A DNA stretch of 62,354 bases from a virus (lineage: Duplodnaviria > Caudoviricetes), in IMG/VR virus record IMGVR_UViG_3300042868_011200, positions 1-62,354 of that record. One strand, 5' to 3'. A program made the translations under genes and the position numbers. Below are positions 10,407 through 19,948 of the stretch, in pieces (within the stretch, counting starts at the first letter, position 1; every line of letters starts with the position of its first letter). The notes below the pieces were generated by a model. The model was not told where the DNA came from. It made no database searches and saw only the letters and a list, made by a program, of their open reading frames with translations.

Positions 10407-13400
10407 ACAAATATATTTAGAAAATGAATTTGATAATATTGCACTTATAAATCCTAATAAGATTATCAATTCTGAAGGATTTCCCGAGGACAGAAATATC
10501 AAACAAGAAGATTTAGTTATCTATGCGAATTTGGAGTGTAACTTACAACCAAGAAGTAGACTATTGGCGGGTAGTGATGCGCAAAGACTGGAAACTGTTG
10601 CAATTGCAACTGTAAATTTTTTAAAACCAAACGGACAAGATTACCTATCAACTAGATGGACAGAACTACAAAGTAATTACCAAGACCCAAATTATGTAAA
10701 CGCTGAATTACTTGGAATCACCAATATTAGATATAGAGTTAGTTCTTCACAATCGGCGACCGTAGATATTCAGTTAGAAGATGTGAGAGGAAGAGCATTA
10801 TTTGAGTCAAACAATAATTCAATATACTCTGTATTTTTTAATTTACCATATCCTACGTTTTATTTAACTATGAAAGGATATATGGGTAAGGCGATTCAAT
10901 ATCAACTAATGTTGATGAAATTTCAAGCGTCACTTGACCCAAGTTCAGGAAATTTTTTAATAACATTAAATTTTCAATCATACAAATTTAATGTGTTAGT
11001 CGATATTGCATGGGGATATTTGTTGGCAACACCAAATATGTATGTTTCACAAACTAAACAAAATTTACAAATTGAATCAACTAGTCCTACTAATTCTTCA
11101 GTTTCCCAAATAAATGGAGGTGCGACACCTGTAGTAACTTTAGACAGCCCACAAGGGTACAAAAAAATAATACAAATCTACGATGAGTATAAATTAAAAA
11201 AATTAATACCTCAGGATTTTCCATACCTTACTATACAACAATTAATAATTAGACTAGAAAATTTCCAAAAAAATCTTTTATCTTCTTTTGGTAAATTATC
11301 AGTTGACCAACTTACTGATTCTCAAACTTTTGAACAAATACTAAAAGAATTTTTACAAATAGTTAAAACTGCGAGTGGTACTACATCATGGAAAGGGGAA
11401 TTTTTAGATGATAAAAAGTTCTATATAATTAAAGACAATAATAATAGTTATTATAAACTATTTCCATATAAAGATGAGATTACAAATTACCAAACGGCCG
11501 AATCAAAAATAGCTCAGATAATCCAAGAGTACAACACAAAATTATCAGAAGTTAATACTTTTGGAGAAAAAAAAGGTAAAGGAAATTATGTGATTCCATC
11601 ACCAATTTCAATTAAATCAGTAACTGGGTCCAAACCTTATGTCCCGTCAATATCAATTATTGATGTTAAACAGACTGCAATTCAAAGAACAGGTTCATCA
11701 AATCAAACTGAATTACAAAAAGAAGAGGCAAACATTAAAAAAGAACTTGAGTTATTAGAAAAGAAACAAGTTGCGGAACTTTTGGCAAGATTTAAACCTG
11801 GTCAACCAGTGCAGGATATACCTGTCTTATTTAGGTTTGATGGAGAAGGATTTTTTGATGGTCAAATAAACTACATGAAAACAGTCTTAAATAACAAATC
11901 AAAAGTTATTAGAGAAAATTTAACAAATGATATTAATAAAATCATTAAATCTGACAAAGGAATTGGGTTTGAGCCGACTTTAAGAAACGTTATTGCGGTT
12001 ATTACAGCATCCTGTGATGCGTTTTTACGATTAATGGATGAGGTACACATAAAAGCATTTGATAATAGAAATAATTTAAAGAAAAAAAATTCAGTTAGAA
12101 ATGATGTTAAAAATGACCCCGACTCACCAGTTTATCCTTGGCCACAATATTCTAAAGAAATAAACGTAGATGGTCTTACAAAATTTGATTTAAAATATCC
12201 GGGGGACCCTGAGTATATTGATGATAGTGGGGCTAACGATGTCAATGCTTGGCCTGAAGTTGAGTTTGTTGAAGAATTTATAAAAGGATATATCAAAAGA
12301 CAGCAATTACCAATTTCACCTACACCCCAATCTAATGAAGATACGACAATAAAAAGATTATGTTTGGCGGGATTTGATACCCCATCCAACGTTGTTTTTA
12401 GTAACTACCAAGAAATTTATTTCCTATATGAAATAATAGAAAGAATTGAAACTATAATCCAATACCAAGGATTTTTAAGAGATGATAATTCTTTTGGAAA
12501 TATTTTAAATTTTTTACAAGCATTAGAAGCGTCAAACGTAATTATATCTTTAGGTTCGGACAACGTTAGTTTAACATATTTTATAAAAAATTTAGAGGTA
12601 ACAAATTATATTGATTACTTATCATTTTTAAAGTCAATCTCAAATCAGGGAAATGGTACGTTATGGCAAAAATATTCAAGAGGAATACCGACTTCAGAAT
12701 ATCTAAAAAACGAAATAAACAATCCTTCTAAAATTTTATCTAAACCACTACCAAATATTTTTGATTCATTAGTAACCGAAGAAAACGCCAATGAAGTTGA
12801 AAATTCATTGGTTAAGTACTTGGAAAGTACTAAGAATTCGGAAATTATATTCACAGATAGATATCCTTTTATTTCTGAAAGTTGGAATAAGTTAAATTTA
12901 AAAAATGGGTTACAAAATTTTTCAACAAGAACAGTATTAAACACAAATAAAACCCTTTTTTATAATTCTAAAGTTAAAAAGATTGTTAATTATTTAGATG
13001 ATTTTACAGATAGTAATCCTGGTGATAATACTAAAATTAAACCTTTTAATTTTTTTGTCAGTTTAAATCAAGAAATAAATTTAGTTGATGCTAATAATAA
13101 TTTTTTAAGTTTTTACTTACAAAGGACTGAGTCACCTAAAAAATCTTTTTACACAGAAGGTTCAATAATTAATACACCATTTAATGTAAACATTGCATTA
13201 ACAACAAGCTCAATCTTGAATACTCCATTTTTTATTAAATCAATTCAGAATGGGGTTGAAAACCTAAAAGGTGGTTCGGAGTATCCTTTTTTACAATCAT
13301 CTTATTTTTTCTTAAACAGTTTACCTCTTTCTAATTTTAAATCAAAATATATTGACATTGATGGAAATGAAAGAGATTACATCGGACCTACTTTTACCAA

Positions 13401-16400
13401 GTTTGGAGCAATACATAGAATGCCAAAACTTTTAATATGTAAGATTGGTTCTGTTTGGCATAGATATAAAACTTGGATTGATACTGGAAATGATATATTA
13501 TCAAGTGCTATGGGCTCATTTAATTTCGATAATAGTTTTGACCCAGTAAATAATAACCCATCTTCAAACTACAATATTGTAGTAGATGGTGAAGAAAATT
13601 TTATTCAATTTAAAAATTCAGTAACGTCAGATGACGGTACTATGGAAAACATAAATGTTGGTTTCTATCCGAAAGTTTTAAATGATTTTCAGTATTTTTT
13701 AAATGATGAGAATCTGTATAGTAGTGAGTCGTTAATTAATCAAGAATTACAAACTATGGTTGATAACAGGGATGTGTTATTAGTATCAAATTCACAATCT
13801 CAAATAAATAAAAGTTATGGTTATAATTTGTCAAACCCAAGTCTGGCATTAAGTTACAAAACAACAAGTGTATTACTTAAAAGTTTTGAAACTAATGAAA
13901 CACCCGTTGATGGTAATTTTTATTTTTCAGCACCTTCTTTTGGTTCAAGATATACTCAAGTGCAATATGAATGTTTTACAGGAGCAAATGCTGTACCTGA
14001 TGTCTATAATAATGAATTTGTATATAATGGTTCTTTAAGATTTTTTTGGGGAGGAACCCACTTTGGGTATTTCCCAACAGTAAATCAACTTTGTAAGCCT
14101 GACCAATATGTTTCACGAACCGCAACCTCATTATGGCCATGGGTTTTGTTATTAGATGATAATGGCGAAAACTCATCCGTTGATTCAATCGAAGATTTAT
14201 TTTCGGTGTTTACCAAAGAAGAACTTGATTTATTTGAAGAGGAATATAAAAAATTTAGTAGGTCAAAATTCCAAAGCGAAAACGACTTTAATATTCAAAG
14301 TTTATTAAGGAAAGCATTATTAGTTAATGAGAATGATTTTTTTAACGACAACTCAAATTTATTAATTGAAGATTTCCAAAGGGCTCAACTTAAAAATTTT
14401 AATATAGTAATTGATGATTATATTAATAGGAATTCTCTTTTCCAAAAAGGAAATCCAACAAACTTTAATTTAATAAATTTAAGAACTTTTTCTGAAAAGA
14501 ATTTTACAGGTAAAACTTCATATACATATTATAAAGAAACTACACCAACTGCAATACCAACCAGTTCTAATACCCAAACTTGGGCAAATTCAGAATTAGA
14601 ATATGCTGAGGCTTGGAAAAATTTAAAAACTTATGTTGGATTCTCTGAAGTTAATGGATTAAAATACCAAGGGGTAAACTCATATATTACTGACTTTTTT
14701 ATTGATTTAAATGTTGCATTCACTAGTGAGAATATTATAAAATTTGCCGACGAAATTAAAATTTATGCATCTAGAAAATTAGTTAATAGTGGGGAAACAT
14801 TTAATTTTAAACAAGAAGTAGATAACTTCTTAGGGCAGATAACTCTAAAGACAAATAACTTTTTCAATGGCGCTCTATTAAAAATGAAAAAAGGTCTCCC
14901 AACGGTTGAGAAAAAAGGAAAAGTTGAGGATAGTTCACCAATTGAAGGAGAATTATCAAAATTGCAATATTATAATAATTTTAAAGCAATTAATGATAAG
15001 TGGGTTGCGGGTAACAATTATAATAGTGAAACATTATTAGAAGATATACTTTTCTTAGATAGAGCTGGAAGAGACATTGGTGATAAAATATATATTAATG
15101 TTTTAGATTTAGTAAGTGGAAATGCCGCCTTTTTAAAAGGTAGAGATGTTGCATCAAATGCTTATACTGCGATTGGAGGGATTATTGAATATAATCACTT
15201 TAAAATATTTAACATGCCATCATATATTAATTTCTATGGTGTACAAAATGTGGGAGATACTCAAAATAGTGGAGATACTACTTCTCATCCATTTGCTACA
15301 AATTTATTTGGAACGTTTACTGATGTTGACTACCAAAACTCAAAAAGTAAAATGGTATGTGTTTACACTGAAACGGGTTCAGAACATACGGACAATCAAT
15401 CACCGACAAATGGGTTTTTAGATGATAGTTTTAATTTGGGAGTTGCCACTAACAATCCAAATTTGGATAATATGAGTAATAAAGACGACTACGCCATTTC
15501 AAATAAATGTGTTGGTTTTGCTGTTGATTTTGGATTACAAAATCAAGGGGTCTTTAAAGAAATAAATGTTTCTCAAGAAAGTGGACAGGCAACCGCTGAA
15601 AGTTTGAAACAGATTTATGACATGGCAAATCTGTATAGTGGTACTAAAAGTAGTAGTCAAAGCGTTAGTTTATATAACATTTATACTACAAGAAGTTATA
15701 AGGCTACGGTAACTGCTATGGGAAATGCGATGATTCAACCAACAATGTATTTTGTTTTAAGAAATGTACCATTATTTGCAGGACCTTATTACATTGATAG
15801 TGTTGAACATACAATATCTAATAATAATTTTACAACACAATTCACTGGAACCAGACAAAAATTATTCACCCCTCCATTAGAGAATAAATTATTGGAGACT
15901 ATAAAGACAACGTTTTTAAATGAGTTGATAAATAATCAAGTTCAACAAAGACAGGGGGAAGTAAGAATTGAACAAACTACAATACAAGTGAAAAATAAAC
16001 TATCAAATAGTGTAACATCTCAGTTTAAACCTAGTACTGTACCTATTTGTCAGACACAACCTGAATACCAAGACTATTCGGTTGCAAAACCAACTGAATT
16101 AACCGAGACGATTGACTCAATGTGGAAAAAAGTTAGAGAAAGGATACTTCAAACACCATTAAGTGGTTCTAACTTAGATTACGTTGTTTACACTATTTTC
16201 TATGTAAATTCATTTGATGGAGATAAGTTTTCGTTCTATAATAACAACGTATCATTAACTCCAATTGGAACAGGTGTACCAACTTGGGGAGGAGGAACAA
16301 GTGGAAGTTTTAATAAAGAGTATATTTGTTTAGAAGGTAATAATAGTCAGAGTCAGGCATTCGTTACGTTTTCAGGTATTACAAATTGTGTTGACTTTAA

Positions 16401-16632
16401 TATTTTGAGATATGAAGAAACATTTAAAACAGCATTAGATAATATAGGAAATGAGGATATCTTTGTTTCAGGGTTTACAAAAAGTTGGATTGAAAGATAT
16501 CCATATGATAATACAAGGGGTACTACAAATTTATATGACCAATTTGTTGCAACAAATCAAAATGAATTTGATTTATTAAACGGAAAAGTCAGAAAGGCGT
16601 ATAAAATAGTGAAAGGATACTTATCTCAATAA
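10396..16632 (+). CDS. Baseplate hub protein (gp27/gpD-like), 2078 aa
   Basis: C-terminal ATVTAMGNAMIQPTMYF...GPYYIDSVEHTIS..FTTQFTG resembles the hub signature; follows the LysM-like gene. Confidence 0.6.
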   Translation: MGNEQIYLENEFDNIALINPNKIINSEGFPEDRNIKQEDLVIYANLECNLQPRSRLLAGSDAQRLETVAIATVNFLKPNGQDYLSTRWTELQSNYQDPNYVNAELLGITNIRYRVSSSQSATVDIQLEDVRGRALFESNNNSIYSVFFNLPYPTFYLTMKGYMGKAIQYQLMLMKFQASLDPSSGNFLITLNFQSYKFNVLVDIAWGYLLATPNMYVSQTKQNLQIESTSPTNSSVSQINGGATPVVTLDSPQGYKKIIQIYDEYKLKKLIPQDFPYLTIQQLIIRLENFQKNLLSSFGKLSVDQLTDSQTFEQILKEFLQIVKTASGTTSWKGEFLDDKKFYIIKDNNNSYYKLFPYKDEITNYQTAESKIAQIIQEYNTKLSEVNTFGEKKGKGNYVIPSPISIKSVTGSKPYVPSISIIDVKQTAIQRTGSSNQTELQKEEANIKKELELLEKKQVAELLARFKPGQPVQDIPVLFRFDGEGFFDGQINYMKTVLNNKSKVIRENLTNDINKIIKSDKGIGFEPTLRNVIAVITASCDAFLRLMDEVHIKAFDNRNNLKKKNSVRNDVKNDPDSPVYPWPQYSKEINVDGLTKFDLKYPGDPEYIDDSGANDVNAWPEVEFVEEFIKGYIKRQQLPISPTPQSNEDTTIKRLCLAGFDTPSNVVFSNYQEIYFLYEIIERIETIIQYQGFLRDDNSFGNILNFLQALEASNVIISLGSDNVSLTYFIKNLEVTNYIDYLSFLKSISNQGNGTLWQKYSRGIPTSEYLKNEINNPSKILSKPLPNIFDSLVTEENANEVENSLVKYLESTKNSEIIFTDRYPFISESWNKLNLKNGLQNFSTRTVLNTNKTLFYNSKVKKIVNYLDDFTDSNPGDNTKIKPFNFFVSLNQEINLVDANNNFLSFYLQRTESPKKSFYTEGSIINTPFNVNIALTTSSILNTPFFIKSIQNGVENLKGGSEYPFLQSSYFFLNSLPLSNFKSKYIDIDGNERDYIGPTFTKFGAIHRMPKLLICKIGSVWHRYKTWIDTGNDILSSAMGSFNFDNSFDPVNNNPSSNYNIVVDGEENFIQFKNSVTSDDGTMENINVGFYPKVLNDFQYFLNDENLYSSESLINQELQTMVDNRDVLLVSNSQSQINKSYGYNLSNPSLALSYKTTSVLLKSFETNETPVDGNFYFSAPSFGSRYTQVQYECFTGANAVPDVYNNEFVYNGSLRFFWGGTHFGYFPTVNQLCKPDQYVSRTATSLWPWVLLLDDNGENSSVDSIEDLFSVFTKEELDLFEEEYKKFSRSKFQSENDFNIQSLLRKALLVNENDFFNDNSNLLIEDFQRAQLKNFNIVIDDYINRNSLFQKGNPTNFNLINLRTFSEKNFTGKTSYTYYKETTPTAIPTSSNTQTWANSELEYAEAWKNLKTYVGFSEVNGLKYQGVNSYITDFFIDLNVAFTSENIIKFADEIKIYASRKLVNSGETFNFKQEVDNFLGQITLKTNNFFNGALLKMKKGLPTVEKKGKVEDSSPIEGELSKLQYYNNFKAINDKWVAGNNYNSETLLEDILFLDRAGRDIGDKIYINVLDLVSGNAAFLKGRDVASNAYTAIGGIIEYNHFKIFNMPSYINFYGVQNVGDTQNSGDTTSHPFATNLFGTFTDVDYQNSKSKMVCVYTETGSEHTDNQSPTNGFLDDSFNLGVATNNPNLDNMSNKDDYAISNKCVGFAVDFGLQNQGVFKEINVSQESGQATAESLKQIYDMANLYSGTKSSSQSVSLYNIYTTRSYKATVTAMGNAMIQPTMYFVLRNVPLFAGPYYIDSVEHTISNNNFTTQFTGTRQKLFTPPLENKLLETIKTTFLNELINNQVQQRQGEVRIEQTTIQVKNKLSNSVTSQFKPSTVPICQTQPEYQDYSVAKPTELTETIDSMWKKVRERILQTPLSGSNLDYVVYTIFYVNSFDGDKFSFYNNNVSLTPIGTGVPTWGGGTSGSFNKEYICLEGNNSQSQAFVTFSGITNCVDFNILRYEETFKTALDNIGNEDIFVSGFTKSWIERYPYDNTRGTTNLYDQFVATNQNEFDLLNGKVRKAYKIVKGYLSQ

Positions 16633-16649
16633 TTTTATAAAAACTTAGA

Positions 16650-16656
16650 TATTTAT
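16650..16656 (+). promoter_or_regulatory. TATTTAT motif
   Basis: Intergenic, 16 nt before ATG 16673. Confidence 0.55.
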
Positions 16657-16672
16657 AATAAAACTTAAAGTT

Positions 16673-16897
16673 ATGGACGTAAAACAATTATTAGACAATT
16701 ACTTGGGAAGAAAAACAAGAATAACTGAAAAGGATGCCGGTAACGGATTTAAAGAAGTTTGTGATTTGGATACAGGTGATTGCTACACAATTAGAATGAA
16801 AGACGGTCTAATTGAAAGAGTTGACAATACATATATGTCAAACAAAAAAATTAATGTTGAAACTAAAACAGGAATTAAACAACTTTTAAACGGTTAA
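16673..16897 (+). CDS. Hypothetical protein
   Basis: 74-aa ORF behind TATTTAT, 3 nt before the next gene. Confidence 0.7.
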   Translation: MDVKQLLDNYLGRKTRITEKDAGNGFKEVCDLDTGDCYTIRMKDGLIERVDNTYMSNKKINVETKTGIKQLLNG

Positions 16898-16900
16898 AAA

Positions 16901-17557
16901 ATGGAAATATCGAAAGCAATCTTAGAAGAACTTAAAAAATATAATCAAATAAATAGATATATAGTTGAGCAAGACGCTCCTGAAGTTGGTGACGTTCCAC
17001 CACCACCCCCACCTCCCGCAGGAGGTGCTCCTGAAGCAGCTGCGGGTGAGGTTGAAACAGCAACCCCACCAGCGGGTGAGACTGAACCACAACCAATTGA
17101 TGTGGCTTCTGACCCTGATGTTGAAAAAGTTGGTGAGGAAGAAGAGGAAAGTGGTTCTGAAGAGCTTGAGATAACTGACCTTGTTAAATCACAAAAAAAC
17201 ATTGAAACAAAACAGGAAGACTATTTTAATAATTTGTTTTCACAACTTTCTAATTTAGAGAAAAAATTATCTGATATGGATAATGTAATGACTAAATTAA
17301 ATGACCTTGAGGCTAAAATTGATAAATATAGACCAAAAACACCTGAAGAAAAACTTGAACTTAGAAGTTTGGATTCAGGACCATATAACCAAAAACTTAC
17401 AGATTTTTTCATGGACAAACAACCAGAAATGCAAAAAACAGGTAAGAACGAATATGTTCTAACAACTGATGATGTTGAAGATTATTCTGTTGATGAAATC
17501 AAAAGAACCTTTAATAATTATGGCGACGAAGAAGAGTTTAAACCAATTAGATACTAA
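16901..17557 (+). CDS. Hypothetical acidic, Pro-rich, coiled-coil protein (possibly head-associated)
   Basis: Poly-Pro and Glu-rich linker followed by heptad-like LSNLEKKLSDMDNVMTKLNDLEAKI. Confidence 0.65.
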   Translation: MEISKAILEELKKYNQINRYIVEQDAPEVGDVPPPPPPPAGGAPEAAAGEVETATPPAGETEPQPIDVASDPDVEKVGEEEEESGSEELEITDLVKSQKNIETKQEDYFNNLFSQLSNLEKKLSDMDNVMTKLNDLEAKIDKYRPKTPEEKLELRSLDSGPYNQKLTDFFMDKQPEMQKTGKNEYVLTTDDVEDYSVDEIKRTFNNYGDEEEFKPIRY

Positions 17558-17570
17558 TTGAAAAACTCTA

Positions 17571-17602
17571 TTTGACTTTTACGGCTGACACACTTACTTT
17601 TG
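17571..17602 (+). promoter_or_regulatory. Bacteroidota primary-sigma promoter (-33 TTTG, -7 TAnnTTTG)
   Basis: TTTG (17571-74), 20-nt spacer, TACTTTTG (17595-602), directly upstream of the replication block. Confidence 0.75.
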
Positions 17603-17629
17603 TTTATTAACTTTTAAATTTTATATATA

Positions 17630-18463
17630 ATGGCGACAAATTCTTTAGACGCTGTTCTCGCTCAGTATGAAAAAGCGAAATCAAACACAGGTGGTAGTAA
17701 AATTTCACAAGAAGACCGAATGAAGAAGTACTTCGCGGCAATTCTACCACAAGGAAAATCAACAGGACAAAAGCGACTTCGAGTCCTACCAACCTCTGAC
17801 GGTTCATCTCCGTTTAAAGAAGTATGGTTTCACGAAGTACAAGTGTCTGGAAAATGGAATAAAATCTATGACCCAGGTAAAAACGACAATGAGCGTTCAC
17901 CACTTAATGAGATTCACGATGAACTTATGATGACAGGTAAGGCTTCCGATAAGGAACTTGCAAAACAATATAAGGCACGTAAATTCTACATTGTTAAAGT
18001 GATTGACAAAGACGCACCTGAGGACGGAGTTAAGTTCTGGCGTTTCAAACACAACTACAAGAATGAAGGAATTCTTGACAAAATTATCCCAATTTGGAGA
18101 GCTAAAGGTGATATCACTGACCCTGAAAAAGGACGTGATTTGATTTTGGAACTTACCAAAGCAAAAACTCCAAAGGGAATTGAGTATACAGTTATCCAAA
18201 CTGTAATGTATGATGACCCTGCGCCACTTCATGAAGATAAAGAGACTATGGACTCTTGGGTGAAGGATGAACTTACTTGGAAAGATGTTTATTCTAAGAA
18301 GCCTGTAGAATACTTGGAGGCGATTGCTCGTGGTGAAACTCCACGTTGGTCTTCAGACCTTGGAAAATATGTTTATGGAGACGAGTCGGCAGAAATGACT
18401 ATGGGTGGAACAATCTCTGACCCACAATCTGAAGACGAACCAGATGGTGACTTACCTTTCTAA
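17630..18463 (+). CDS. Single-stranded DNA-binding protein (gp32-like)
   Basis: RLRVLP..DGSSPFKEVWFH, FYIVKVID and GRDLIL motifs; acidic tail ending DGDLPF; first gene of the replication cluster. Confidence 0.75.
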   Translation: MATNSLDAVLAQYEKAKSNTGGSKISQEDRMKKYFAAILPQGKSTGQKRLRVLPTSDGSSPFKEVWFHEVQVSGKWNKIYDPGKNDNERSPLNEIHDELMMTGKASDKELAKQYKARKFYIVKVIDKDAPEDGVKFWRFKHNYKNEGILDKIIPIWRAKGDITDPEKGRDLILELTKAKTPKGIEYTVIQTVMYDDPAPLHEDKETMDSWVKDELTWKDVYSKKPVEYLEAIARGETPRWSSDLGKYVYGDESAEMTMGGTISDPQSEDEPDGDLPF

Positions 18464-18483
18464 CTAAAAACTAATATTAATTT

Positions 18484-18512
18484 AACTACCCCTGAAATAT
18501 GGGGTAGTTTTT
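18484..18512 (+). terminator. Intrinsic terminator after SSB
   Basis: AACTACCCC-tgaaatat-GGGGTAGTT followed by Ts. Confidence 0.75.
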
Positions 18513-18525
18513 AATCATTTCAAAA

Positions 18526-18750
18526 ATGACGAATCAAGAAAAAATTTCAAAAAAAATGTTTGACGCATTAATTGCAAAATATGCGGCAGAACAAGCAGAA
18601 GCTGAAGCAACTCTTTTGGTTTATTTTAATAATCCTGTTGGTATTGGGGAACACCCACAATTGGTTGAAGAAATGGACAAACAAGTTGAAAAACTTGCAA
18701 ATGCAAAAGATAAAAGTGATGCACTACAACAATTTCAAAAATATAACTAA
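18526..18750 (+). CDS. Small phage hypothetical protein
   Basis: 74 aa helical protein with NPVGIGEHP motif. Confidence 0.7.
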   Translation: MTNQEKISKKMFDALIAKYAAEQAEAEATLLVYFNNPVGIGEHPQLVEEMDKQVEKLANAKDKSDALQQFQKYN

Positions 18751-18752
18751 TT

Positions 18753-19736
18753 ATGGCATTAAAGAAAAAAGAATTTTCGTTAGATGCAATCAAGGATAAA
18801 TACTCCACAAAGACCAAATATAAGGATGAATCATTCTACAATTGTGGTGAAGCGTTTATGGATGCTTGTGGATTACCTGGACCAATTTTAGGTGGTATTA
18901 ATATGTTTTTGGGTCACTCAAATACGTCAAAAACAACTGCAATGATTTTAGCCGCGGTTGATGCTCAAAAAAAAGGTCACCTTCCTGTTTTTATTATAAC
19001 TGAAAAGAAATGGTCGTGGGAACATGCTATTGAATTAGGATTACAAGCGGAAAAAAATGAATTCGGAGAGTATGATGGAATGTTTATTTTTAATGACTCT
19101 TTTGATGTTATTGAACAGGCAACTGATTTCATAAATCAAATTCTGGACGCTCAAGAAAAGGGTGATATTCCTTATAATATTTTATTTTTGTGGGACAGTA
19201 TTGGAAGTATTCCATGTCAAATGACATTTGACGGCAAGGGTGGCGGTATGCATTCGGCTAAAGTATTAGCGGATAAGATAGGTATGGGTATCCACTCAAG
19301 AATATCAAAATCAAAAAAAGAAGATTATCCATACTATAATACTTTAGTAATTTTAAACCAACCTTGGGTAGAATTACCTGATAACCCATTTGGACAACCT
19401 GAAATACGTGCAAAAGGAGGGACAGCAGTTTGGTTAGCAAGTAGTTTAGTTTTTTTATTTGGTAATCAAAAAAAGGCTGGTATAAGCCACATTGACGCCA
19501 CCAAAAACGGACGTAAAGTTTCTTTTGCAATTAGAACTAAAGTTTCAATTTTAAAAAACCATGTAAATGGTCTTGGGTACAAGGATGGTAAAATAATTGC
19601 CGTACCACATGGATATATTGCGGACACAAAAGAAGCTTTGGAAAAATATAAAAAAGATTACTCAAATTATTGGGGTCAAAAGCTTGGAGATTCGTATAAT
19701 TTGGAAGAAAGTCAAGAACCTGATTTTGAAGAATAA
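18753..19736 (+). CDS. uvsX: RecA/UvsX-like recombinase
   Basis: Walker A-like GHSNTSKTT, Walker B ILFLWDS, VILNQ, KGG and KNH motifs; next to SSB. Confidence 0.8.
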   Translation: MALKKKEFSLDAIKDKYSTKTKYKDESFYNCGEAFMDACGLPGPILGGINMFLGHSNTSKTTAMILAAVDAQKKGHLPVFIITEKKWSWEHAIELGLQAEKNEFGEYDGMFIFNDSFDVIEQATDFINQILDAQEKGDIPYNILFLWDSIGSIPCQMTFDGKGGGMHSAKVLADKIGMGIHSRISKSKKEDYPYYNTLVILNQPWVELPDNPFGQPEIRAKGGTAVWLASSLVFLFGNQKKAGISHIDATKNGRKVSFAIRTKVSILKNHVNGLGYKDGKIIAVPHGYIADTKEALEKYKKDYSNYWGQKLGDSYNLEESQEPDFEE

Positions 19737-19760
19737 AAATTGTTATTAATAACAATTTTT
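19735..19760. repeat. Perfect 26-bp palindrome (candidate operator or AT-rich hairpin)
   Basis: AAAAATTGTTATTAATAACAATTTTT is its own reverse complement. Confidence 0.85.
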
Positions 19761-19773
19761 TAATAAATCTTTA

Positions 19774-19780
19774 TATTTAT
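19774..19780 (+). promoter_or_regulatory. TATTTAT motif 6 nt before ATG 19787
   Basis: TATTTAT-TATTAA-ATG. Confidence 0.55.
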
Positions 19781-19786
19781 TATTAA

Positions 19787-19948
19787 ATGGGAAGAACTAA
19801 AGTTGATATTAATAAGAAAAAAATGAGTATTTCTGTGGCAGTTGAACCCGAAATACTTGAATATATTAAATCAAGACATATAAACTTTTCTTCATTGATT
19901 AATAAATTGATTAAAGATTATATTAAAAATGGAAACCAAAGTTTGTAG
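19787..19948 (+). CDS. Ribbon-helix-helix (CopG/Arc-like) DNA-binding protein, 53 aa, not in ORF track
   Basis: MGRTKVDINKKKMSISVAVEPEILEYIKSRHINFSSLINKLIKDYIKNGNQSL: alternating beta strand (MSISVAV), helix (PEILEYIKS), N-x-S turn, helix (SLINKLIKDYI). Ends TAG TAA and overlaps the HNH start by 20 nt. Confidence 0.65.
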   Translation: MGRTKVDINKKKMSISVAVEPEILEYIKSRHINFSSLINKLIKDYIKNGNQSL

